Source of the DNA: an uncultured Acidobacteriota bacterium
GTDB lineage: Bacteria > Acidobacteriota > Thermoanaerobaculia > Multivoradales > SZUA-115
DNA length: 64,000 nucleotides
Reading direction: 5' to 3'
NCBI GenBank assembly: GCA_963805975.1
Contig: CAWDVR010000002.1
Location: forward strand, 160,001 to 224,000
Part shown: one piece after another, positions 39,838-53,300 of the stretch
How the letters are laid out: each line of letters opens with the position of its first letter
Numbering within the stretch: position 1 is the stretch's first letter
Made by a program: the position numbers and the translations under genes
The notes under the pieces: generated by a model
What the model was told of the DNA's origin: nothing
The model's input: the letters and a program-made list of their open reading frames with translations, nothing else
Databases searched by the model: none

Positions 39838-42800
39838 TCACGGGCACACCGTCGAATCGAACAGCGGTCCCTGGTCTATGCATTGGCCATGGCCTCCGCC
39901 CTGGCTCTTCGGCACGCACACCCTCACTTCGCCTTCGCAGGTCCCGCCGTTGGCGTCGAAGGCGGTAAAGCTCAGGCGGTACATCCGGCTGTCGCCTCCA
40001 CCCTGGCGCTCGGCCCGTACGCTCACCGTGGCGGTGCCGACGCCGGTGGCGTCGGGGCAGTGGTTGCCGGTGCCGCCGCCGCGGGTGGGCTCGTCCTGGT
40101 ACGCGGCCGTCACCACCCACTTCACGGGCTCGCCCTCGGGGTCGGTCAGCCCCTCGATGCCGATCGGCACCATCTGGTGGTTCGGCGGCCACAGCCGGAC
40201 CGGCGTCGCCTTCGCCTTCGAGCAGTCCGGCGGCAGGTTCGAGACCGTCACCGCCAGCGCCTCGCTGTCGAGCGTCACGCGGACCGCCGTCACCGGAAGC
40301 TCGGCCGCGAGCACCACGAGGTAGCTGCCGGCGGCGAGGCCTTGGGTGGCGAGGCCCTGGGTGGAGAGACCGGGGCTCGCCGAGTGGCTGGCGCCGGCGG
40401 CGAGGGTGATGCCCTCGCTGGCGCTCGCCAGCATCGCGCCGGTGTCCGGGTGGACCAGCAGCACCTCGAGCAGCAGGCCGGCGAGCTCGGTGTTGCCGTC
40501 GTTGGTCACCGTGTAGCTGGCGGTGACGAGCTCGCCGGCCTCCACCTCCACCGGGTCGAGCGACAGCTCGCCCGACAGGCCGGCACCGCTGCCCGCCGAG
40601 CTTTCGATCTCGAAGCTCACCGAGCACTGGCTGAGCGCCGTGACGCTCGAGCCGACCGTGAAGAAGGCCTGGTAGCTCCCCGCTGCGAGGCCCAGGGCTT
40701 CGAAGCCGAAGCTCGCCGAGTGGCGCGCCCCGGGCGGCAGGGTCGGGAGCACGCGGCTCTCGAGGAACACCAGCTCGTTCGCCCCGTTCCTCGCCTCGAG
40801 AGCGAGGGTGAGACCGGTGAGCGTCGACAGATTCGAGGTGTTGGTGACCTCGCCGGTCATCGCCACCCGCTCGGTCGAGAGGTAGGTGAGCGCCGAAGGC
40901 AGCAGGCGGCAGCTCGTGGCGCCGGCGGGCACGGTGTCGGGAGTGCCGGGGTTGCAGTCGTCGTCGATGCCGTTGCCGGGGATCTCTGTCTGGCCTGGAT
41001 GGACGTTGGGGTCGCCGTCGTCGCAGTCGTCGACCGCCGGGAAGCCGTCGTCGTCGCCGTCCTCGTCGCCCAGGTTGTCGCAGGTGGCGAGGTCGAAACG
41101 GCAGTCGGCGGCGCAGGCGAGCGCCCCGGAGGTGAAGCCCAGCGACGAGCAGCTCTCGCCCCGGAGATCGGCGCCGTCGCACTCCTCCTCGTCGCGGTTG
41201 GCGAGGTCGTCACCGCAGTAGGGGTGGAGAGTCACCTGCCGCAAGCCGCCACCGAAGAGGTAGGAATCGTCCTGGGCGAAGCCCGCAGCGATCAAGCCGT
41301 GCGGCTCGGGCGAGCTGGTGCGGTGCGTGCCATCGGCCACGGCAAGGCGCGCCGCCGAAAAGCCGGTGGCGCCGATCGGCTGGAAGCTCGCGGCCGGCAC
41401 CACCGCCCCGTCCAGCCGCACCGAGCCGATGGCGCCCGTCGGCGTGAGCAGGGTGAAGAAGTTGAGGTAGCCCGGCGTGCCGGTGGCCAGGCTGTAGGAC
41501 TCGAGGAAGAGCTCCGAGGGCAGCAGGGTCAGCATCGAGGGATCGCCGAGGCTCGCGCCAGGGCTTTGAGTCCCGGTCATCAGCTGGGTGACGAGGATCG
41601 GGCCGTTGGCGGCGAAGAGGTGGTCTCCGGCGAGGGGTCCGATCTGGAGGAACTGGCCGCTGTCGAGCTCGCCCTGCGGCACGCCATCGAGCGTCACCAC
41701 GGTCTCGTCGGCCGCGGCGAGAACGCGGTAGTACGAGCCTCCGAGCCGGAACGGCACGCCGGCCGCCAGGGCCGAGGTGCCCCACAGCGGCAGGGGCAGC
41801 GCCACCTCGAAGATCGGGTCGCAGAACGGCGTCGCAACCGGCACGTTGGCGCAGATGTTGCCGTTGACCACCAGCACCGGCTGATCGGAGACCACGCGGC
41901 TGCCGGTCAGGTCCGAGCCCTGGTCCAGGCCTTGAGCGAGGTAGCCGAAGCCGCGGTCGAGGGTGATGGTGAAGGGCACCTCGGCCGGGGCCGGGGCGCC
42001 CGGGGCCGGCTGCTTGAGCGCCGCCTTCGGGGTGATGGTCACGGTGGTGTCGTCGACCGTGGCCACGACCAGGAACTGCGGCCGGTCCTGCGGCACGATC
42101 GCCGAACCGGTCATGGTGGTGACCAGGTACTCGGTGCCGAGCGCGTCCACGGGCAGGGCCACCGAACCGTCGTTGCCGCCGCCGAAGAAGTACTGATTGA
42201 TCATGGTGACGGAGATGTCGGCGTCGGCCGACAGGCGCACGGCGTTGTTCCGCGCCTGGCCGGGGACCCAATCGGTGGCGGCATTGCTGCGCACGGTCAG
42301 ACGCTTCGCCGTGCCGGGGGTGATCGTCTCGGTGTAGGGCAGGAACGGCGAGTTGACCGGCTGCTCCACCCGCACCGTGGTCGGCACCTCGCTGGTGACC
42401 AGGAAGTAAGAGAAGACGGTGTTGATCGGGCTGGGGAGGAAGCCGATCAGGAACTCCTTGCCTTTGTGGTCGATCACCGTCGCCGGCGCGTCGCAGGCGG
42501 CGATGTCGAGCTCGCAGGTGGAGCCACAGCCCAGGAGGCCGGTGCCGAGGCCGAGGGCATCGCAGGTGAGCCCACCCAGGTCCGGGAAGTCGCACTCCTC
42601 GCTCGGCTGGTTGATCAGGCCGTCGCCGCAGGCCGGCGTCGAGGTGCAGGCCGAATTGTCGAAGGCGCCGCAGCTCGCATCGCAGGCGAGGTTGCCGGCG
42701 GAGTAGCCCTGGGACACGCAGCTCTCCCCCCCGAGGTCGCTGCCGTCGCAGATCTCGAAGAGCTGGTTGCGCACGCCGTCGCCACAGGTGGGCGCCGCTT

Positions 42801-43848
42801 CGCAGGCGGAGGTGACGAGCGTGCACTGCGAGCTGCACGCGAGCGTGCCCGGCCCGAGGCCCAGGCCCTCGCAGCTCAAGCCCGCAGGCACTTGGCCGTC
42901 GCAGGCTTCCCACGGCAGGTTCACCAGCCCATCGCCGCAGAAAGGCACTTCGGAGAGCGCCTGCAGGGCGAGGAGCACGCGGGCCGTGGTGAAGGCGTCG
43001 CCCTGCCAACTGCCATTGGGAAGCTGCTGGCCGGTGAGATGGGCGGTGACCAGCCCGACCTCCTGGCCGAACGCCGGCACCGCCGCCAGCGCCTGGGCGG
43101 CGAGCGCGCTGGCGATCAGCCGATCGGGACCGGGCGGCCCGAAGCTGCCGTCGGGGTTTTGCCGGCCGGCGAGAAATGCCACCGCTTCGTCGATCTCGTC
43201 CTCGAGCTGGAATCGAACCCGAAACGGCAGCATCGCGGCGAGCGCCCGGGCGGTGCAGAAGACATCGCTCTCCTCCTCGGAGGTCGAGCCGGCGACGCAG
43301 GGAAAGCCGCCATCGCTCGCCTGCACTGCCAGCAGGCGCAGCAGCCCCCGGCTCAACAGCTCGTCGCTCGCCTCCGGCCGGCCCACCAAGGCCTGAAGCG
43401 CCAGGGCGGTGGCCAGCGGCTCGGCCGTGAAGTCGGCAGCCAGGCCCCAGCCGCCCTTCGGGTCGGCCGCGGCGACCAACGCGGTAGCCAAGGCGACGAC
43501 ATCACCCGGCTCCGCGGCCAGGGCCGCCAGACGGTGCGCGAGATCGTCCTGGTCCGCGACGGGCGAGGCGTTGAGGAAGCCGGCGGCCGCCGCGCGCCGG
43601 GCCACCTCGCCGGAGGCGAGGCGCGCAAACGCCGCGAGCGCCGCGGCGGTGGCCTCGCTCCGCCGCACCACGCCGCTCGTCCAACCGCCGTCGGCCTGCT
43701 GGGTGGCACGAAGGAACTGCAAGCCTGCCACTTCGGGCTGTGCCAGAGCGGTGGAAGCGAAAGCCAGCAGCAGGCCGAGGGCCGCCAAGACGGCCGGCAA
43801 GCCACCAGGGCTGGTGGGTGAACCTACGGGGCGAGGCTCTACAGGCAT
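39838..43848 (-). CDS. Giant mosaic secreted protein: prenyltransferase-like QxxDG.W repeats, Cys-rich repeats, IgGFc-binding N domain, MopE-like motif, CARDB/Ig-like domains and LWPPNH domain
   Basis: QQADGGW, QNPDGSF, QLPNGSW; four CGDG..E.CD repeats; GKEFLIGF, LPVDALGTEY, WGTS; DCDDGDPNVHPGQTEIPGNGIDDDC; LWPPNH. Confidence 0.82.
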   Translation of the reverse strand: MPVEPRPVGSPTSPGGLPAVLAALGLLLAFASTALAQPEVAGLQFLRATQQADGGWTSGVVRRSEATAAALAAFARLASGEVARRAAAAGFLNASPVADQDDLAHRLAALAAEPGDVVALATALVAAADPKGGWGLAADFTAEPLATALALQALVGRPEASDELLSRGLLRLLAVQASDGGFPCVAGSTSEEESDVFCTARALAAMLPFRVRFQLEDEIDEAVAFLAGRQNPDGSFGPPGPDRLIASALAAQALAAVPAFGQEVGLVTAHLTGQQLPNGSWQGDAFTTARVLLALQALSEVPFCGDGLVNLPWEACDGQVPAGLSCEGLGLGPGTLACSSQCTLVTSACEAAPTCGDGVRNQLFEICDGSDLGGESCVSQGYSAGNLACDASCGAFDNSACTSTPACGDGLINQPSEECDFPDLGGLTCDALGLGTGLLGCGSTCELDIAACDAPATVIDHKGKEFLIGFLPSPINTVFSYFLVTSEVPTTVRVEQPVNSPFLPYTETITPGTAKRLTVRSNAATDWVPGQARNNAVRLSADADISVTMINQYFFGGGNDGSVALPVDALGTEYLVTTMTGSAIVPQDRPQFLVVATVDDTTVTITPKAALKQPAPGAPAPAEVPFTITLDRGFGYLAQGLDQGSDLTGSRVVSDQPVLVVNGNICANVPVATPFCDPIFEVALPLPLWGTSALAAGVPFRLGGSYYRVLAAADETVVTLDGVPQGELDSGQFLQIGPLAGDHLFAANGPILVTQLMTGTQSPGASLGDPSMLTLLPSELFLESYSLATGTPGYLNFFTLLTPTGAIGSVRLDGAVVPAASFQPIGATGFSAARLAVADGTHRTSSPEPHGLIAAGFAQDDSYLFGGGLRQVTLHPYCGDDLANRDEEECDGADLRGESCSSLGFTSGALACAADCRFDLATCDNLGDEDGDDDGFPAVDDCDDGDPNVHPGQTEIPGNGIDDDCNPGTPDTVPAGATSCRLLPSALTYLSTERVAMTGEVTNTSNLSTLTGLTLALEARNGANELVFLESRVLPTLPPGARHSASFGFEALGLAAGSYQAFFTVGSSVTALSQCSVSFEIESSAGSGAGLSGELSLDPVEVEAGELVTASYTVTNDGNTELAGLLLEVLLVHPDTGAMLASASEGITLAAGASHSASPGLSTQGLATQGLAAGSYLVVLAAELPVTAVRVTLDSEALAVTVSNLPPDCSKAKATPVRLWPPNHQMVPIGIEGLTDPEGEPVKWVVTAAYQDEPTRGGGTGNHCPDATGVGTATVSVRAERQGGGDSRMYRLSFTAFDANGGTCEGEVRVCVPKSQGGGHGQCIDQGPLFDSTVCP

Positions 43849-44101
43849 GGAAGTCCTTCCTTTCGGCGACCCCGGGGTCGCGAAATCGCGGGCAATCTCA
43901 GAAGGTGGGGGAGGCCCCCCGGCGCAAGGCCGAAGGTCTCAGCGTCCACCGCTCACTTGAGAAATCGGATTCGGCGGGAAAATCCCGCCATGTGTCTCCG
44001 TGAGGGATGGAGCTATGGAGCGAGCCGCCCGGCGCGAGCAGCGGCTCGGAGGCCTGCCCGGCGAGCCGGTCGGTGCGGGGAGACTTCGGGGATCTGGGGT
44101 G

Positions 44102-44914
44102 CTAGCCGATCGTGACGGTGATACCGGCGGCTTCCAAGTCGCCCTTGGCTGCCTCCGATTTCGCCTTCGCGCTGCCCACTCCCTGCGGCTGATAGTAGTG
44201 GCCGGCGCTCACGGAGATCGAGATGCTCTTGTAGCCGAGCCCCTTGAGAAAGCCCACCAGCCCGATCAACCTCTCCGTGCAGCCCGTGGTGTTGCGCTTC
44301 CCGCAGGTCCCGCGCTTCGTGCTGCAGGGGCTGGCGGTCAGCTCGTTGATCACCAGATGCATCTTCGCGTCCTTGGCCATCGAATCGATGACCGCCTTCA
44401 GCGTGTCCGACGGTTCGGGAGGGTACTTCCCCAGGCCGATCCAGAAGGCGCAGTGCTCGACGAAGTCCACGCACGCATCCTCGGCGTGCTCGGTGTCCTC
44501 GGTGAACGTGTACTTCTTGCTCCAGGCGTCGCCCACCGAGTACCCGTTGACCGTGGCCTTGAGCGAGACCGAGCCGTAGCCGGTCGGCACCTTGAGCTCG
44601 TCGAACCCCATCTCGCCAGTCCCGAGCATGCGCTGCACGGCAAAGGAGTGACGAGCTCGGTGCGTCGCGGGCTGGCGGCCCGTGGAAGCGGCGGCTCCGG
44701 CTCCCTTCGCCTGGGCCGCCGACACCACCGCCCGCAGGTGCGCCGCCGGGCCGACCTTGGCTTGCACGAGCGAGCCCACGGCGCGCTGGACATGAGGCGC
44801 CACGACCCGCGCGGCACCCGGCGCCTGCTTCGCCTGAAAAGCCCCCGACACCGCCTTCTGGACGTGCGCGGCCATGGCTTTGGAAGGGGCTTTCGGCTCG
44901 CGCTCCGGCGGCAT
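44102..44914 (-). CDS. Putative nucleic-acid (cytidine-type) deaminase toxin with low-complexity VQ(R/A)-repeat N-terminus
   Basis: Zinc motifs EHAED and SPCS..(insert)..GC. The N-terminus has HVQKA, HVQRA, VQAK and AVQR. Confidence 0.65.
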   Translation of the reverse strand: MPPEREPKAPSKAMAAHVQKAVSGAFQAKQAPGAARVVAPHVQRAVGSLVQAKVGPAAHLRAVVSAAQAKGAGAAASTGRQPATHRARHSFAVQRMLGTGEMGFDELKVPTGYGSVSLKATVNGYSVGDAWSKKYTFTEDTEHAEDACVDFVEHCAFWIGLGKYPPEPSDTLKAVIDSMAKDAKMHLVINELTASPCSTKRGTCGKRNTTGCTERLIGLVGFLKGLGYKSISISVSAGHYYQPQGVGSAKAKSEAAKGDLEAAGITVTIG

Positions 44915-44985
44915 CGACAGATCTCCGATCAGATGAGACTCACTTCGTAGGCAGGCTCGACACTACTCCCCGACTCGGTCGACGT

Positions 44986-46302
44986 TCAAGCGGTGCTCTT
45001 CGACCCCTCTCCGCCTCCGCTCTCCTCCACCGCGTCCGCCAGCTCCTCGACCGAGCGCAGCTTCCGACTGGTGGCGGCGAGGGCCGTGGTGAGGAGGAGC
45101 AGCGCGCCGAGCACCATCGCGAAGAGGGCCACGCCGCGGCCGGGGCCGGTGCCGATCGCGGAGCCGAGGCTCGCGGCGAGCGCGCCGTCCGGCGCGAGCA
45201 GCGGCTCGAAGACGTAGTCGGCGAGCGGTCCGGCGAGGAGCGAGGCGAGCGGCACGGCGACCAGCGCCACGGTGCGCCGCAACGCGAAGACGCGGCCCTG
45301 CAGGTCGGCCGGCACCTTGCTCTGCCAGATCGCCTGGCTGCACGCGCTGATGACGGAGAAGGCACCCAGGAAGACGGCGGCGGCGGCGGCGATGTAGATC
45401 GCGTGGGGCCGCATGCCGGCCGCGATCAGCGCCAGGCCCTGCACCGCGAGCGCCGCGAGGATGCCTGCCAGGCGCCGCCTGGGCCCACCCCACACCGCCA
45501 TGACGATGCCTCCGACGATCAGGCCGGCGCTCGCCACCGACATCACCTTGCCGAGCACGGCCATGTCCGCGAAGCCGAGCACCATGGGCTGGAGCAGCAC
45601 CACCACCATGCCCATCGCGAAGTTGGAGAGGACGAAGAGCACCAGCAGGCCGAAGAGGCCGGGCCGTTCCCGGATGTAGCGCCAGCCCGAGGCGATCTCC
45701 GCGCCGAGCGTGCCGCGGCTCCCGGCGCCCGCGGTGCTCGGCGGCGGCGCCGGGATGGCGAGCGGCAGCAGCACGAGGAGCGCGACCACCGACGCCGCCA
45801 CCTCGGTGAGGGCCACGCCCCGCAGGCCCGCCCGCGCCACCAGCACCGCGGCGACCAGGGGCGCCAGGGCCTGGGCCGCGGTGAGCCCGAGCTGCAGGAG
45901 GCCGCTGGCGCGCCCGTAGTGCCGCTTGGCCACCAGCACGGTGACCGAGGAGGCGAGGGCCGGCCAGCGCAGCGACTGGAAGCAGCCGGACACCACCAGC
46001 AGCGCGTAGATCGGCACCACGGGCAGAGGCTCGCGGCCGACCAGCAGCACCATGGCGACGGCACAGGCGCCCGCGCCGGCCACGGAGATCATCATCGCCC
46101 GGCGGCGGTCCCAGCGGTCCACGAGGGCGCCGGCCACCGGGGACATCAGGACCACGGGAACGGTGGTGAAGAAGGAGACCAGCGCCAGGCGGGTGACGGA
46201 GCCGCCGGCCTGGTAGGCGGAGACGCCGAGCGCAAAGGCCGTGGCGTAGTTGCCGAAGGCGCAGAGGATCTGGGAGAGCCAGACGGCGAGGAAGGTCGGC
46301 AT
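44986..46302 (-). CDS. MFS transporter (438 aa), probable exporter of the NRPS/PKS product
   Basis: MPTFLAVWLSQ, GALVDRWDRRR, QSKVPADLQGRVF. Its own ATG lies just after the restored TE stop. Confidence 0.88.
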   Translation of the reverse strand: MPTFLAVWLSQILCAFGNYATAFALGVSAYQAGGSVTRLALVSFFTTVPVVLMSPVAGALVDRWDRRRAMMISVAGAGACAVAMVLLVGREPLPVVPIYALLVVSGCFQSLRWPALASSVTVLVAKRHYGRASGLLQLGLTAAQALAPLVAAVLVARAGLRGVALTEVAASVVALLVLLPLAIPAPPPSTAGAGSRGTLGAEIASGWRYIRERPGLFGLLVLFVLSNFAMGMVVVLLQPMVLGFADMAVLGKVMSVASAGLIVGGIVMAVWGGPRRRLAGILAALAVQGLALIAAGMRPHAIYIAAAAAVFLGAFSVISACSQAIWQSKVPADLQGRVFALRRTVALVAVPLASLLAGPLADYVFEPLLAPDGALAASLGSAIGTGPGRGVALFAMVLGALLLLTTALAATSRKLRSVEELADAVEESGGGEGSKSTA

Positions 46303-46307
46303 GGGGC

Positions 46308-50321
<4,014 letters not shown>

Positions 50322-50325
<4 letters not shown>

Positions 50326-53300
50326 CGCGCCTCGCCGAGCTGGGAGAAGACCTCCTCGAGCTCCGCGCCCTCCAGGCTGACGCCGGCGACGTCCTCGCCG
50401 GCGGTCGCCGCCGCCGAGCCGGCCGGCGCGCTGCTCTCGAGCAACGCATCGAGGGGCGCCACCAGGACCGCCAGCTCGGCGATCGTCTGGTGCTCGAAGA
50501 GCTGCTCGGGCGACAGCTCGAGGCCGGCGTCGTTGGCGCGGGCCACGAGCTGGATGCCCATCACCGAGTCGCCGCCCAAGTCGAAGAAGTTGTCGTGGAT
50601 GCCGATCTGCTCGATGCCGAGCGAGCCCTTCCAGATCTCGGCCAGCTTCTCCTCCATCGGGTTGCGCGGCGCCATGTAGGCCGTGGACAGGCTCGGCCGC
50701 GCGTGGGACGAGCGCTTCGCCTGGACGCCGTCGCCGCGCCCGGCGAGGCTGGCGCGGGTGAGCGAGTTGACCTGCTCGAAGAGCGCCGCCAGGTCCTTCG
50801 AGGTGGTGGCGAGCTGCGCGAAGCTGTGGTCCTTCGCCAGCACCCGGCGCAGGGCTTCGACGCCCTCGTGCGGCAGGATGCCACTGCCGGCGTCGGGATC
50901 GAAGGCGGCATCCGTTGTTGCTCCCGGGGCCGGGGTGGCCGCCGGGCGCGCCGGCTGGGCCGCAGGCTCGCCCTCGGCCGGAGCTGAAGGCTGGCGACCG
51001 GTCGCTTCCGCGGAGCGGCGCAGGGTGTCCACCGCCTCGCCCACCCGCTTCAGGGTGAACTGGTCGATGCGCACCAGCTCCTCGCCGCTCTCGTCGAGCA
51101 GCGACACGTCGACCGACAGGGTCTCCTTGCCGCCGCCGGGCTCGCCCTGCCGGCGCAGATAGCTGTAGATCTTGGCCGGCAGCGGCTTCCTCATCTCCAG
51201 GCGCTTGTAGGAGAGCGGCAGGAAGTTGCCTTCCTCGATGAAGCCGAGGATGCCGGTGGCGACGTCCACCAGCGCCGGGTGGAGGCCGAAGCTCCCCGCC
51301 TCGGCCGCGAACTCCTCCGGCAGCTCGAGCACCGCCAGGGCCTCGCCCTTCCCGGCCGCTCCCATGTGCACGCGCTTGAGGCTCTGCCAGCGCGGCCCCC
51401 AGCGCACCACCCCGCCCTCGCCCATCATCACCGGCTCGTTGAACTCCACCACCTGGTCCGCGCAGCGGGCGAGGAGCTCCTCGATGTCGAAGCGCGGGGC
51501 CGCTTCCCCTGCCGGAGCGGGGGCCGGGCCCACCTTGCCGCGCACGTGCGCGGCCCAGGTCGCCTCGGCACCGGCGGTCTTCGGCGGCCCCTTGCTGGCG
51601 ACGCGGAAGCTGAAGCCGTTGCCCTGTTTCTCGAGCGTGGTGCGCACCTCCTTGCTCTCCCCGTCGGCCAGCATCAGGGGCCCGAGGAAGAACACGTCAC
51701 GCAGCTCGACACCGCCCAGGCCGCCGTGCTGCTCGAAGACCGCCGCGTGGTGCGCGTAGGCGGCACGGGCGATCTCGAGATAGGTGGTGCCGGGGACCGT
51801 GGCGGTGCCCAGCACGCGGTGCTCGGCCGCCACCCAGTGGCGGTCGGTCGAGAAGTCGGTGGTGTAGATCGCTTCCGCCGCGGTCTCGAAGGTCGAACGG
51901 TCGAGCAGCGGGTGGAGCGGCACTAGGGTCGGTGGTCCGCCGGCCGCCGGGCTGCCGGCCGCCGCTGCGCCGCCGGGGATCAGGCCGGCGTCCACCGCCA
52001 TGCCCACCTCCCCCCAGGCGCCCCAGTTGATCGAGATCACCCGCGTGCCGTTGGCGCCGGAGCCGTTGGTGCCAGAGCGCGCTTGCGCGTAGGCGTCGAG
52101 GAAGGAGTTGGCGGCGCAGTAGTCCACCTGCCCGAGCCCGCCGGCGAGCGCGATGGTCGACGAGCAGAGCACGAAGAAGTCGAGCTTCTGGCCGGCGAGC
52201 GCCCGTTCGAGCATCAGCGTGCCGCGGAGCTTGGGCGCCAGCACCGTCGCCGCGGTCTCGGGCGACTTGAGCTGCAGCAGCCCTCGTCCGGCGACGCCGG
52301 CGGCGTGGATCACGCCGTCGATGCGCCCGAAGCGGGCCAGCGCCTGGTCCACGGCGGCGCGCACCTGGGCCTCGTCTCCCACGTCGGCGCTCACCACCTC
52401 CACCTCGGCGCCCATCGCTTCCAGCTCCTTCAGCTTCAGGAGCCGGCGGCTGATGCGGTCGCGCTCGCCGTGCTTGCCGATCCAGGCCTCCCACTCGGCG
52501 CGAGGCGGCAGCGCCGAGAAGCCCATCGGCACCAGCCGCGCCTGGAAGTCGCGGGCCAGGAACTCGGCGAAGGTCAGGCCGATGCCGCCCAGGCCGCCGG
52601 TGACGAGGTAGACGCCCTTCTTCTTGAAATGCAGGCCGGAGGGACCGACCGGCGCGAGCTTCACCGGCTCGTAGGCCCGCACCCAGCGGTCCTCGCCGCG
52701 CCAGGCGACGATCGGCGCCACCACCGGCACCTCGGCCATCTCGGCGAGCAGGCGGTCCACCAGGGCCGCATCCTCCACCGCTCCCGAGGCCGGCAGGGCG
52801 AGGTCGATCGCCACCACGCGCAGGTTGGGGTACTCCTGCGGGATCACCCGCGCCGGCCCCTGGAGTGCCGCCTTCTCCGGCGCGAGATAGCTCTCGCCGT
52901 GGACGCGGTGCAGGTTGTTCGACACCACGCCGATCGCGATCGGCTGCCGCGCCCCGGCCCGGCCCACCGCCTGGGCGAAGAAGAACAGGCTCCAGAAGCT
53001 CCGCGCCTCGGCCTCGATCATGGCCTCCGGCGAGAGCTCGGGGAGGGCCTCGGTCACGTTCCAGAGATGGAGCGCGCGGGGCGGCACGCCGCCGTCCGCG
53101 GCCAGATCGGCGAGCAGAGCGTCGTACTCCCTGGCGCCGCCGGGGGCGAGCGTGTAGGCGCCGCTCCCGAGCTTGGCGAAGCTCTCGCCGGGCACCACCG
53201 TGGCGACGCGGTGGCCCAGGCCACGGAGGCGCGTGACGACCTGGTCCGCCAGCCCGCGGCCATCCGCGAACACCAGCCACGAGGCCGGCTCGGCCTCCGG

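Noticed and set aside
43850-44000. Possible c-di-GMP riboswitch upstream of the giant secreted gene
   Set aside because: Hairpins and a GCCGAAAGG end are present, but I could not match the conserved GGCAAA / GNRA / GACGCAAA core. An Rfam scan would be needed.
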